A stretch of DNA of 64,000 nt from an uncultured Actinomycetes bacterium (GTDB lineage Bacteria; Actinomycetota; UBA4738; HRBIN12), in assembly GCA_963810945.1 (NCBI GenBank), contig CAWEPI010000008.1:74366-138365 (forward strand). The letters run 5' to 3'. Of this stretch, positions 52,659 through 62,080 are shown one piece after another. The position numbers were made by a program, and so were the translations under genes. Under the pieces are notes generated by a model. That model searched no databases, was not told where the DNA came from, and worked only from the letters and a program-made list of their open reading frames with translations. The first letter of the stretch is position 1, and each line of letters begins with the position of its first letter.

Positions 52659-52694
52659 ACTCGTTCTGATACGAACGTTCATTCCAGAACGAGT
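52659..52694. promoter_or_regulatory. composite palindrome ACTCGTTCTG-ataC-GAACGTTC-attc-CAGAACGAGT (10-bp inverted-repeat arms plus a central 8-bp palindrome), candidate MarR operator
   Basis: Located at the 5' edge of the MarR ORF, upstream of the proposed GTG start, and upstream of the ABC-2 exporter genes. Confidence 0.5.
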
Positions 52695-52787
52695 TTAACA
52701 GGGGAGACACGAGAGGCCCGTTCGTCGTCTAGTGAGTCACTCCGGCTCTCTCGCTCGATCGTGCTCGTGTCTACGGAAGGGGGCCAA

Positions 52788-53786
52788 TCAACCGAACGTG
52801 AAGGCGAACGCCTCCGCACCTCGATCAAGGAACTCGATCGTGAATAGACGATCCGTGATCGGCCCGCGTTGCCGAACGAGTTGATACATCCGTGGCTGGA
52901 CGAGGAGCCCTGCTCCTTCATCATCGACATCGGTCCCTGAAGCGTCACGGAGTGGCTCGCCGTCGATCGACACTCGGAACGCGACCGGCGTCGAGCCATC
53001 CATCGGCCCCATCACGAGATGGACGTCGCGCGCATGGAACCGGAACGAGATCTCACCCTTCGGATGATGGAGGACCACGCTCTCCTGGTTAGCCGTCCAA
53101 TCCCCGGACAGCGCCCAGTGATCCAGCGGCAGTGTGTCGGGGGTGATGTACGCGTGCGGGCGCCCCGGCGCCATCCCATCGGGTGAGGTGAAGTTCCGTG
53201 TTCGTCCGTATCCGAGGTACGTCTCGGAGGAACGGAGATCGCCCCAGTCCGCTTCGACTTCCGGTCCCCGCGGGTCCACGGCAACGAGCGTGTCGTCGCC
53301 CCGGCCGGCCCCGGCGTCAGCGAGGAGCTGCTGGATCACGGTCTCCGATCGCTCGTAGTCCCCTTCACCGAACCAGTGATGCCGGATCCGCCCGGTCGCA
53401 TCGATGAAGTACAGAGCCGGCCAATAATGGTTCGCGAATGCGTCCCAGATCGCGTACCCGTTGTCGACGGCGACCGGATACTCGACGGCCATCGCCGCGA
53501 GCGCCTGGCGGACGTTGTCGAGGTCACTCTCGAACGAGAACTCGGGCGTGTGCGCGCCGATCACGACGAGTCCCTGTTCCTCGTACTTCTCGGCCCAGGC
53601 GCGCACGTACGGCAGCGTCCTGAGCCAGTTGATGCACGTATACGTGCAGAAATCGACGACGACCACGTTCCCCTGCAGACCCTCCGGGTCGAGTGGTTGG
53701 GAGTTCAGCCACGCGGTCGCACCTGCCAGGGACGGGAACTGCCCTTCAACCCGTAGCTTCGATGGCGGACGGAGCATCTGTCCCAT
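52788..53786 (-). CDS. thioredoxin-like/redoxin domain protein (DipZ C-terminal-like) with a C-terminal beta-sandwich domain
   Basis: VVVVDFCTYTCINWLRTLPYV resembles redoxin active-site regions. Confidence 0.6.
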   Translation of the reverse strand: MGQMLRPPSKLRVEGQFPSLAGATAWLNSQPLDPEGLQGNVVVVDFCTYTCINWLRTLPYVRAWAEKYEEQGLVVIGAHTPEFSFESDLDNVRQALAAMAVEYPVAVDNGYAIWDAFANHYWPALYFIDATGRIRHHWFGEGDYERSETVIQQLLADAGAGRGDDTLVAVDPRGPEVEADWGDLRSSETYLGYGRTRNFTSPDGMAPGRPHAYITPDTLPLDHWALSGDWTANQESVVLHHPKGEISFRFHARDVHLVMGPMDGSTPVAFRVSIDGEPLRDASGTDVDDEGAGLLVQPRMYQLVRQRGPITDRLFTIEFLDRGAEAFAFTFG

Positions 53787-53873
53787 ATGCCCTCCTCTCG
53801 GAGCTGTTACGACTGGCGTTCTCGCCCACGCGTCGCGTCGAGACTCCCTTCCGTCAGCGCGGACGAGGTGCGA

Positions 53874-55127
53874 TCAACGCAACGACCGGAACGCCGCGCG
53901 CACCTCGCTCGTGAACAGCTCCGGCTCCTGCCACGCCGCGAAGTGGTTCCCCTCCGGGAGCTCGTTGAAATAGATGAGGTTGGGATAGGCCTCCTCCGCC
54001 CAGCTCCGCGGCACCTGATAGAGCTCGCGCGGGAACACGCTGACGGCGGCCGGTACGGTGACCCCCTTCGCGTCGAAGAAGCCCAGCGTGTTCTCCCAGT
54101 ACAGACGACCGGAGGACACCCCTGTGTTCGTCACCCAGGTCATCGTGATGTTGTCCAGGACCTCGTCGCGCGTGAGGCTCCCGACGGGGTGGCCCTCGAA
54201 GGCGGCGGCGATGTCCTCGAGGCTGCGCGCGTCGTGGTCGAGCATCCAGGCCGCGAGGGCAGCGGGCGAATCGGCGAGCCCGTACAAGGTCTGCGGGCGC
54301 AGCCCCATCTCCAGCGCGTAGCCGATGCCCTTCGTGAAGAGGAAGCTCAGCTGATCGTACCCGCGCTGCTCCTCGGCCGAGAGATCGGACGGCGGTGGGT
54401 CGCCGGCACCCAGGACGTTCGACGCGAGCGCCTTCACCGCGTCGGGCGGAACGGTGCCGGCCATGTTGGAGTGGATCCCGAGCAAGCCCGGAGGCGCCAC
54501 CGCACCCATCGTGTCCGTGATCTGCGCACCCCAGTCGCCGCCCTGGGCGACGTAGCGGGTGTAACCGAGGCGCTCCATCAGGGCGATCCAGGCGTGCGCG
54601 ATGTGGACGGGGCCCCAGCCCGTCTCCGCCGGCTTGGCCGAGAACGCGTAGCCGGGCATCGACGGGACCACGACGTCGAACGCATCGCCGGCGTCGCCGC
54701 CGTGGGCCGTGGGGTCGCTGAGCGGGTCGATCACGTTGAGCATCTCGATGATCGAGCCGGGCCAGCCGTGCGTGATGATGAGCGGCAGGGCGTTCTCGTG
54801 CGGCGACCGGACGTGGATGAGGTGGATGTCGAGGCCGTCGATCTCGGTGATGAACTGCGGGAACGCGTTCAGCCTCGACTCGAACCTCCGGAGGTCGTAG
54901 TCGTTGGCCCAGTACCGCACGAGCTCGCGCATCGTCGCCAAGGGCACGCCCTGCGACTGGTCGGCGACGGTCTCCTTCTCGGGGAAGCGTGTCGCAGCCA
55001 AGCGTCGACGCAGATCATCGAGGTCCGCTTGGGGAACGCTGACCTGGAAAGGGCGGATGGCGCCATCTTCGAGATGGATCACCTCGTCATGGACAGTGCC
55101 CTGAGGTGTTCTCGAATCCTGATCCAT
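53874..55127 (-). CDS. epoxide hydrolase (alpha/beta hydrolase, EH N-terminal domain)
   Basis: ITHGWPGS oxyanion motif and the EH N-terminal domain. Confidence 0.8.
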   Translation of the reverse strand: MDQDSRTPQGTVHDEVIHLEDGAIRPFQVSVPQADLDDLRRRLAATRFPEKETVADQSQGVPLATMRELVRYWANDYDLRRFESRLNAFPQFITEIDGLDIHLIHVRSPHENALPLIITHGWPGSIIEMLNVIDPLSDPTAHGGDAGDAFDVVVPSMPGYAFSAKPAETGWGPVHIAHAWIALMERLGYTRYVAQGGDWGAQITDTMGAVAPPGLLGIHSNMAGTVPPDAVKALASNVLGAGDPPPSDLSAEEQRGYDQLSFLFTKGIGYALEMGLRPQTLYGLADSPAALAAWMLDHDARSLEDIAAAFEGHPVGSLTRDEVLDNITMTWVTNTGVSSGRLYWENTLGFFDAKGVTVPAAVSVFPRELYQVPRSWAEEAYPNLIYFNELPEGNHFAAWQEPELFTSEVRAAFRSLR

Positions 55128-55578
55128 CGCTCCTTCTCCTTCCCGCGGTATCCGCTCTCGGACCGAACTCCTCGCCCTGGAGCACTACGGTAATCCCGTC
55201 GCGAAGATCAGGTGAAGCGAGCGGTCCCTGCGGAGAGCGAACAGCAGGTGAACATGGCCTCCCGATGTCACCAGACACCAGCCGGAAGCGGTTCCCCGCC
55301 CCGGGAGGGAGCCGCTCCGGTCGGAACGATCGATCTATCGAAGGACGTCGGTATCACATCCGCCCGATGTCGTACGGAAACGCATGCATCGCGCTCCGAG
55401 GTACTCCGGAACTTCGATGCGCTGGCAACCAGATCGATCGCGATGAGATCCCGGACGCGAACAAGGCCAAGGATCCAACGATGAGAAACGCTGCCTGCCG
55501 GGTGCGGCGCGTCAGACGATGACAGAACCGTCATGTGGGCCTCTCGCTCCCGACTTCCCACCCCGGGAGGGGATGACT

Positions 55579-56307
55579 ATGGTTACCGCGAGGGGGGCTG
55601 CTGTGGCTTCGACCGCGCATGGTGCCAACCGCGAAACGGCTGCCGCCGGCCGCGTGTTGATGATCGATGACGAGCCGCGGATCTTGAACTTCGTTCGGCG
55701 CGGGCTCGAGGCTGAGGGCCTGGAAGTCGACGAGGCCTCCTCGGGCCAGGAGGGGCTCGATCTGGCGCTCGAAGGGCGATACGACCTCGTGATCCTGGAC
55801 CTGGTGATGCCGGGTCTCGACGGGAACAAGGTGCTCAGTCGGCTCCTCGAGCGGCGGCCCGAACAACAGGTACTCGTGCTTTCGGCACTGAACGACACCG
55901 CCACGAAGGTGCGCAGCCTCGAACGTGGGGCGGAGGACTACATCGCCAAACCGTTCTCGTTGGAGGAGCTACTCGCCCGGGTCGAGGTCCGACTGCGCAA
56001 CGCGCAGCGCACGAACGAGACCCACCTGCGTTCACGGGGCCTCTCGTTGGATGTGATCCACCGGCGCGCCGATACCGGTACCGGCCCGGTGCCGCTCGCA
56101 GATCGAGAGTTCCTCCTGTTGCGCGAGTTGATGCGGGATGCAGGTCGCACGGTCTCGAAGGAGCGCCTGTTGTCGTCGGTGTGGGGGTATCACTTCGATC
56201 CGGAGTCCAACGTCGTCGACGTCTACGTCCGCCGACTTCGGGCCAAGCTCGGCGCCGCGACGATCGTGACGGAGCGGGGAGTGGGGTACCGTGTCGAAGC
56301 GCCGTGA
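55579..56307 (+). CDS. OmpR-family response regulator
   Basis: REC domain (VLMIDDEPR...LDLVMPGLDG) with a winged-helix output. SD GGGAGGGG. Confidence 0.8.
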   Translation: MVTARGAAVASTAHGANRETAAAGRVLMIDDEPRILNFVRRGLEAEGLEVDEASSGQEGLDLALEGRYDLVILDLVMPGLDGNKVLSRLLERRPEQQVLVLSALNDTATKVRSLERGAEDYIAKPFSLEELLARVEVRLRNAQRTNETHLRSRGLSLDVIHRRADTGTGPVPLADREFLLLRELMRDAGRTVSKERLLSSVWGYHFDPESNVVDVYVRRLRAKLGAATIVTERGVGYRVEAP

Positions 56308-57412
56308 GCACGTCGAGTGGCCCGCTCGCGACCGGTGGATCGACGTCGCCTGGGTGCTGTTCTCGCTCGCCAACCTCGCTGCCATGCTGCTCATCCCCGA
56401 TTGGGAGACGGTGCCGTTCCACTTCATCTGGGTGAGCCTGACGATCCTGTACGGGTTCCGCGTGTGGCGCACGCGGCCGACCGTCGTGATCCTCGCGCTG
56501 GTGATGGCCACGACCGGCGCATCCATCTACTTCGACGTGAGACGTGGGGGTCAGCCGCTCGACGAGATCACCGAAGTGCCGCTCATGGCCGCCATGTTCG
56601 CGGCCATGGTGTGGCATGCGCGGCGTCGACTGACGGCCACCGAGGAGACGGAACGCGTTTCCTTGGACAACCTTCGTCTCCTCGAGCGCGAGCGCCGCTT
56701 CGTCCAAGACGCCTCCCATGAGCTCCGCACCCCGATCACGGTGGCCCTCGGCCACGCAGAGCTGATCCAACGACAGACAATCGACCCCACCATCGGGCAG
56801 GATGCCGCGGTGATCAACGACGAGCTGATGCGGTTGCGCAGGCTCGCCGACCGTCTCTTGCTCCTAGCGAGCTCGGAGGATCTCGAGCGTTCCCCAGACG
56901 GTTCCGATCGGCGTGGAGCAGCTCGTGGTCGAGGCCGTCGAATCGGTGGGCGGCGACACCGCGGCGGTGGGTCCTCTCCACCACCGAGGAGGTGTTGGTG
57001 CTCGCCGACGCCAGACAGGCTCGCCGTCGCGATCGACGCCGTGATCGAGAACGCGGTGCAACATACCGATGAGGCGGACACGATCGGATTGGGCGTCGAG
57101 CGGCGCGGTACCGAAGCGGTGATCTGGATCCGTGATACGGGAACGGGGATCGCGGCCGTGGACCTGGATCGGATCTTCGATCGGTTCGCTCGGTCCTATC
57201 CGGGTCGAAGCAGGCACACCGGTGGGTTCGGTCTCGGACTGCCGATCGTGCAGGCCATCGTCGAAGGGCACGGAGGCTCGGTGCGCGTCGAAAGCGTCGA
57301 GGGAGCCTGGACGCGGTTCGAGATCGCACTGCCGGTGGCTCAACAGATCATCGGCCCGGAGCTCGGTGACGTCGTGATGGTGGACGGGGATACTCGTGAT
57401 CCCGTCGGTTGA
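56291..57412 (+). CDS. sensor histidine kinase with three frameshifts in the 56890-57010 region
   Basis: Two TM helices, H-box SHELRTP, and a G-box DTGTGI. The stretch between them reads as an R/G-rich junk-like segment in-frame, but as a normal HK sequence across two other frames. Confidence 0.7.
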   Translation: MSKRREHVEWPARDRWIDVAWVLFSLANLAAMLLIPDWETVPFHFIWVSLTILYGFRVWRTRPTVVILALVMATTGASIYFDVRRGGQPLDEITEVPLMAAMFAAMVWHARRRLTATEETERVSLDNLRLLERERRFVQDASHELRTPITVALGHAELIQRQTIDPTIGQDAAVINDELMRLRRLADRLLLLASSEDLERSPDGSDRRGAARGRGRRIGGRRHRGGGSSPPPRRCWCSPTPDRLAVAIDAVIENAVQHTDEADTIGLGVERRGTEAVIWIRDTGTGIAAVDLDRIFDRFARSYPGRSRHTGGFGLGLPIVQAIVEGHGGSVRVESVEGAWTRFEIALPVAQQIIGPELGDVVMVDGDTRDPVG

Positions 57413-58235
57413 TCCGATCGCGTTGTGCGCGATCGTGGCGGGATTCGCGTATGCGAGCGCCGACAGGAGCGTTCGGCGCGCGCGCGGCCGGCCGGCGCCG
57501 CGCGCCCGCCGGACGGCGTTCTACGCGGGCCTGGCGGTCGTCGTTCTCGCACTCACCGGACCGATCGATGCGTCCGTGGAGTCCTCGTTCTCGATGCACA
57601 TGGTCCAGCATCTGCTGCTCACGATGGTGGCCGCGCCGCTGCTCCTGCTGGGCGCACCGCTGACGCTTGCCATCGCCGTGTGGCCGAAGGCCTCTCGTCG
57701 ATCGTTCGCCCACGTCCTGCATAGCGGCCCGGCGCGGTTCGTCTCGAATCCGCTCGTCGCCTGGACGTCGTTCTTCGCCGTGCTGTGGATGGCTCACCTC
57801 ACCGGCCTGTACGAGGCCTCACTGCGCAGCAACGGGATCCATGCGGGCGAACACCTCGCCTTCCTCGCGACCGCACTGGTGTTCTGGGCGCCGATCGTCC
57901 GCGCGGATCCATCGCCATCGGTGTTGTCCTACCCGGCGAAGATCCTGTACCTGTTCGTGGCGATGCCGGCGATGGCGCTCCTCGGTCTGACGATCGTGAG
58001 CGCGCGGCAGGTGCTGTACCCGACCTATGCGCAGGCGGAGGGCGTGGCTCGCGCACTCGCCGACCAGCGGACGGCCGGAGCGATCATGTGGGCCGGGACG
58101 ATGATCCTGATCGTCCCGGCGCTCGGGGTCGTGCTGTGGGAGTGGATGGCCGCCGATGAACGCGAGGCCCGCCGGGTGGATGCCCGACTCGGACATGCCG
58201 AAATGATCGATGCGATCGAGGAAGGTGCCAGATGA
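57396..58235 (+). CDS. ctaG: cytochrome c oxidase (caa3-type) assembly factor CtaG-like membrane protein
   Basis: Multi-TM protein with MHMVQHLLL motif. Sits in the cta neighbourhood. Confidence 0.65.
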   Translation: MIPSVDPIALCAIVAGFAYASADRSVRRARGRPAPRARRTAFYAGLAVVVLALTGPIDASVESSFSMHMVQHLLLTMVAAPLLLLGAPLTLAIAVWPKASRRSFAHVLHSGPARFVSNPLVAWTSFFAVLWMAHLTGLYEASLRSNGIHAGEHLAFLATALVFWAPIVRADPSPSVLSYPAKILYLFVAMPAMALLGLTIVSARQVLYPTYAQAEGVARALADQRTAGAIMWAGTMILIVPALGVVLWEWMAADEREARRVDARLGHAEMIDAIEEGAR

Positions 58236-58414
58236 GTGCGAAGGATCGATGCCTCCGTTGTCGGGGACCGGTCGCCGAGGGAGTTGGCGTCTGTTCGCGC
58301 TGCAACCCCGCGGGCCTGCCGGGTCCCAGCCCCACGCAGTATCACGCGACGGTGTTCCTCGTGGTGATCGTCAGCATGGTGCTGACCGTGGCGGTCCTGA
58401 TCGCGCGCGGCTAA
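58232..58414 (+). CDS. small zinc-ribbon (2x CxxC) protein with C-terminal TM helix
   Basis: ATG overlaps the ctaG stop (ATGA). CLRC...CSRC followed by a hydrophobic helix. Confidence 0.4.
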   Translation: MSAKDRCLRCRGPVAEGVGVCSRCNPAGLPGPSPTQYHATVFLVVIVSMVLTVAVLIARG

Positions 58415-58419
58415 CGGAG

Positions 58420-58788
58420 TCAGTGCCCGCCGGCGTGGGATCGAGCGACGTCGCGGAGCCATCCTGCGGCGCACAGCACGAACGCGACGCCACCGGGGAT
58501 CAGGATCCACGGGCTGACGATCAGCCCGAGCCCGATGATCACGGCCGAGATCGCGAACCCGAGCGGCCAGATCGTCGGCGCCACGTGGATCTCCGTTCCT
58601 TCCTCGGAGGGTCGCTCCGCCTCCTGTCGCGCGACGCGCCGAGCCACCAAGGCGAGGAACCAGAACGTGGCCGACCCGACCAGCAGCAGCGTGGTGCCGG
58701 CGGGCTCGTGGCTCGTGGCGCCGTAGACGCTCCCCGCGACGAGGAGGAACAAGCCCAGCCACATGCAGATGCGAGAGAGGGAGCTCAC
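58420..58788 (-). CDS. ctaF: cytochrome c oxidase subunit IV (actinobacterial CtaF-like)
   Basis: Four-TM small protein directly downstream of ctaE. Confidence 0.6.
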   Translation of the reverse strand: MSSLSRICMWLGLFLLVAGSVYGATSHEPAGTTLLLVGSATFWFLALVARRVARQEAERPSEEGTEIHVAPTIWPLGFAISAVIIGLGLIVSPWILIPGGVAFVLCAAGWLRDVARSHAGGH

Positions 58789-58792
58789 ACCA

Positions 58793-59380
58793 TCACCTCG
58801 GGGTCAGCAGGTAGAAGACGGTGAACAGGCACAGCCAGACGACGTCGACGAAGTCCCAATAGATCGCACCTGCCGCGAGCGGATCATGGTGCGTAGGGGA
58901 CAGCCGGCCGCGCCGGCTCTGGCCGAACACGAGGGCCAGGAACACGACACCACCGATCACGTGGGCCATATGGATCCCCGTCATCACGTAGAACAGCGTG
59001 CCGAACACGCCGTCCTTCAGTCCGAATCCCAGCTGCGAGTAGTCGTACAACTGCAGCGAGAGGAAGCAGATCCCCAGCACGATCGTCACCCCGAGCCAGA
59101 CCGTGGATCGTCTGAGGGAGCCGCTCCTGATCGATCGCAGCGACAGCTGGATCGTGATGCTGCTGATCACAAGGATCACGGTCAGGATCGTGGCGATGTC
59201 GATCTTCAGGTGCGGCGTACCCGCGGGCGGCCACTCGGGTGCGTTGGCCTTGATCGTGAAATATCCACCGAAGAACGCGGCGAAGAACATCGCCTCGGAC
59301 GCCACGAACAAGACCATCCCGAGGACGGGACCGCTCAGCTCGGGTCGGGCACGCTGCTTCGTGGCCATGACATCGCTCAT
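58793..59380 (-). CDS. ctaE: cytochrome c oxidase subunit III
   Basis: COX3 fold. ATG at 59380 with SD GGAG. Overlaps the ctaD stop. Confidence 0.85.
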   Translation of the reverse strand: MSDVMATKQRARPELSGPVLGMVLFVASEAMFFAAFFGGYFTIKANAPEWPPAGTPHLKIDIATILTVILVISSITIQLSLRSIRSGSLRRSTVWLGVTIVLGICFLSLQLYDYSQLGFGLKDGVFGTLFYVMTGIHMAHVIGGVVFLALVFGQSRRGRLSPTHHDPLAAGAIYWDFVDVVWLCLFTVFYLLTPR

Positions 59381-61002
59381 GCGGAAGGCTCCTTCCCGGC
59401 CATGCGTTGGTCGTACACGGGGCGATCCGAGTGGATCGGCGGCAGGGAATCGAAGTTGTGCGCGGGCGGCGGGGACGTGGTTGCCCATTCCAGCGTGTTG
59501 CCCCCCCAGGGATCGTCCGGCGCCGTGCGCGGCCTGCGCAGAGTGAGGAAGACGTTGATGAAGAACAACAGCATCGCTATGGCGATCGTGAACGCGCCGA
59601 TCGTCGACAGCAGGTTCAGGAAGCTCCAACCGAGATCCGGCGGGTAGTCGGCGACGCGGCGCGGCATCCCGCGCAGGCCGAGGATGTGCATCGGGAAGAA
59701 GGTCAGGTTGAACCCGACGAGCTGCAGCCAGAACTGCCAGAGGCCGAGTCGGCGAGACAGCATCCGCCCGGTCATCTTCGGGAACCAGTAGAACATCCCT
59801 GCGAAGACGCCGAACAGGGTGCCGCCGAACAAGACGTAGTGGAGATGCGCCACCACCCAGTACGTGTCGTGGATCGCGAAGTCCATGGCCGGCGACGCGG
59901 CCCAGACGCCGTCGATCCCGCCGATCAGGAACATGGCGATGAAGCCGAGGGCGAACAGCATCGGCGGCTCGAAGCGCAGCCGTCCACGCCAGAGCGTGCC
60001 GAGCCAGATGAAGAACAGGACCCCGGTCGGGATCGAGATCATCTCGGTCGTGACGCTGAAGAACGGCAGCTCGACGGCGCCGGTCGCGAACATGTGGTGG
60101 GCCCAGACGCTGAACGACAGTGCGGTGATCAGCAGGAAGGACAGGACCACGCCCCGGTAGCTGAAGATCGGTCTGCCCGAGAATACGGAGACGATCTCCG
60201 TCACGATCCCCCAGGCACCCAGGATCAGCATGTACACCTCGGGGTGGCCGAAGAACCAGAACACGTGCTGCCACAGGATCACGACGCCGCCCCGACTCGG
60301 GTCGAAGAACACGGTGCCGAGCTGCCGATCCGCGAAGACCATCAGCAGGCCCGCCGTCAGCACGGGCGCGGCAAGGATCACGAGGAGCGAGGTCGCCAAG
60401 ATGCTCCAGGTGAACACCGGCATGCGCATCATCGTCATCCCGGGTGCGCGCATCCGCAGGATCGTCACGATGAAGTTGATCCCGCCGAGGATCGACGCGG
60501 TGCCGACGATCATCAGCCCGATCAGCCAGAGGTCCTCGCCCGTGCCCAGCTGCTCGGACAACGGAGGGTAGTTCGTCCAGCCAGCGGCGGCGCTGCCACC
60601 CTTCGCGAGGAACCCCGACAGGATCGTCAGCCCGCCGACCGGGAGCAGCCAGAACGACAGCGCGTTGATCCGAGGGAACGCCATGTCGAGCGCCCCTATC
60701 TGCAGCGGCACGAAGTAGTTCCCGAAGCCGGCGAGCAGCGGGAAGATGACCAGGAAGATCATCAGCGTGCCGTGCAGCGTGAAGATCTGGTTGTAGGCGT
60801 GGGGAGCGAAGATCTGCGTGCCGGGGCGCGCGAGCTCTGTCCGCATCAGCAACGCGAATACACCTGCGATGACGAAGAACGCGAGGCTGTTGATCAGGTA
60901 GAGGATCCCGATCTTCTTGTGATCGGTCGTGGTCAGCCACGTCTTCCAACCGCGTTCCGGCTCGGGAGCCAGCTGCGCGGCAGGAGCCTCAGTTATCGCC
61001 AT
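59377..61002 (-). CDS. ctaD: cytochrome c oxidase subunit I
   Basis: Canonical COX1 histidines (WFFGHPEVY, HHMF). ATG at 61002 with SD GGAGGA. Confidence 0.9.
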   Translation of the reverse strand: MAITEAPAAQLAPEPERGWKTWLTTTDHKKIGILYLINSLAFFVIAGVFALLMRTELARPGTQIFAPHAYNQIFTLHGTLMIFLVIFPLLAGFGNYFVPLQIGALDMAFPRINALSFWLLPVGGLTILSGFLAKGGSAAAGWTNYPPLSEQLGTGEDLWLIGLMIVGTASILGGINFIVTILRMRAPGMTMMRMPVFTWSILATSLLVILAAPVLTAGLLMVFADRQLGTVFFDPSRGGVVILWQHVFWFFGHPEVYMLILGAWGIVTEIVSVFSGRPIFSYRGVVLSFLLITALSFSVWAHHMFATGAVELPFFSVTTEMISIPTGVLFFIWLGTLWRGRLRFEPPMLFALGFIAMFLIGGIDGVWAASPAMDFAIHDTYWVVAHLHYVLFGGTLFGVFAGMFYWFPKMTGRMLSRRLGLWQFWLQLVGFNLTFFPMHILGLRGMPRRVADYPPDLGWSFLNLLSTIGAFTIAIAMLLFFINVFLTLRRPRTAPDDPWGGNTLEWATTSPPPAHNFDSLPPIHSDRPVYDQRMAGKEPSA

Positions 61003-61018
61003 CGCTGATCCTCCAGGT

Positions 61019-62074
61019 TCACGGCGGCGCGACGATGAACGCGCCCGACATGGCCGGGCCGTGCACATCGCATTGGAAGTAGTAGTGCCCGGGCGGCAGT
61101 CCCGACGCATCCAAGACCTCGTTCGCGACGCCGGTGATCTTCGGAGACGTGAAGAACCTCTTGTTCTCGAAGAAGCTGTCGTAGATCGAGAAGTTGTGCT
61201 CGATCCCAGCGTCTTCGTTGGTGATGTTGACGGTGAACGGCGTGTTCGCAGGAACGGCGAGGCAATACTGGTTCCACGAGATGTTGGATGCGATGAGCGA
61301 CAGGTCGGTGCCGTTCGCGTCACAGGTGACGCTCTTGGCCGCCTTGCGCTGCTGGAGTATCCACGCCTGGTAGTCGACCGACGAGACGACCTGCACCGCG
61401 AACGTCATCTTCGAATGCCACAGACCACAGAACTCAGCGCACTGGGCATGGAACGTGCCGATCTTCGTCGGCGTGAACTCGAACGTGGTCGTTCGGCCGG
61501 GGATCGCATCGCGCTTGAACAGTAGGTCGGGCACGAAGAAGGAATGGATCACGTCTCGCGACGTCAGTTTGATCTGGACCGTCTCATCGACGGGCAGGAC
61601 CATGACCGCCGGCGTCTGCGGCTTGTCCGCGGAGGCGGTCTTGCCCGCCACGAAGATCCCTTCGCTCAGGTACAGGAACGTCCATTCCCACTGGAACCCT
61701 TCCACCTTGATCTGCACCTGCGGTGCCGGCTGGTCCTGCAGCTTCATCAGCGTCTGTTCGCCGAACGGGAACAGCACGGCAACGATCACGGCGGGGATCA
61801 CGAAGAACACGACCAGCGATCGGTTGCCGCCGACCGACTGCGCCGCGAGCGTATCGTCGCGCTTGCGGTAGCGGACGATGCACCAGATCAAGAGCGCTTC
61901 CACGGCGATGAACACCGGCAAGGCGAGCGCCATGATCACGAGGTACAACTGGTGGACGTCGTTACCGGTGGGCGAGATCCCCTGCTTCGCGCAACCCGAT
62001 AGGAGCAGCGTCGCCGGCACGCCGGCGATCCACCGGGAAGTTCGAGTCCAACGAACGCCGCCGTCCGGCTTCAT
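61019..62074 (-). CDS. ctaC: cytochrome c oxidase subunit II lipoprotein fused to an extra C-terminal type-1-copper cupredoxin domain
   Basis: Lipobox LLSGC, two TM helices, and CuA site HAQCAEFCGLWHSKM. An additional about 105 aa domain carries HNF...QCDVHGPAM ligands. Confidence 0.85.
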   Translation of the reverse strand: MKPDGGVRWTRTSRWIAGVPATLLLSGCAKQGISPTGNDVHQLYLVIMALALPVFIAVEALLIWCIVRYRKRDDTLAAQSVGGNRSLVVFFVIPAVIVAVLFPFGEQTLMKLQDQPAPQVQIKVEGFQWEWTFLYLSEGIFVAGKTASADKPQTPAVMVLPVDETVQIKLTSRDVIHSFFVPDLLFKRDAIPGRTTTFEFTPTKIGTFHAQCAEFCGLWHSKMTFAVQVVSSVDYQAWILQQRKAAKSVTCDANGTDLSLIASNISWNQYCLAVPANTPFTVNITNEDAGIEHNFSIYDSFFENKRFFTSPKITGVANEVLDASGLPPGHYYFQCDVHGPAMSGAFIVAPP

Positions 62075-62080
62075 CCCCAG

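Noticed and set aside
55128-55578. 451-bp gene-poor gap upstream of the OmpR/HK pair, examined for a small RNA, riboswitch or missed gene
   Set aside because: Only weak imperfect inverted repeats and low-complexity ORFs (55212..55484, 55268..55561). Nothing supports a specific call from sequence alone.
59407-61008. 533-aa plus-strand ORF
   Set aside because: Antisense of ctaD. Highly charged low-complexity translation.
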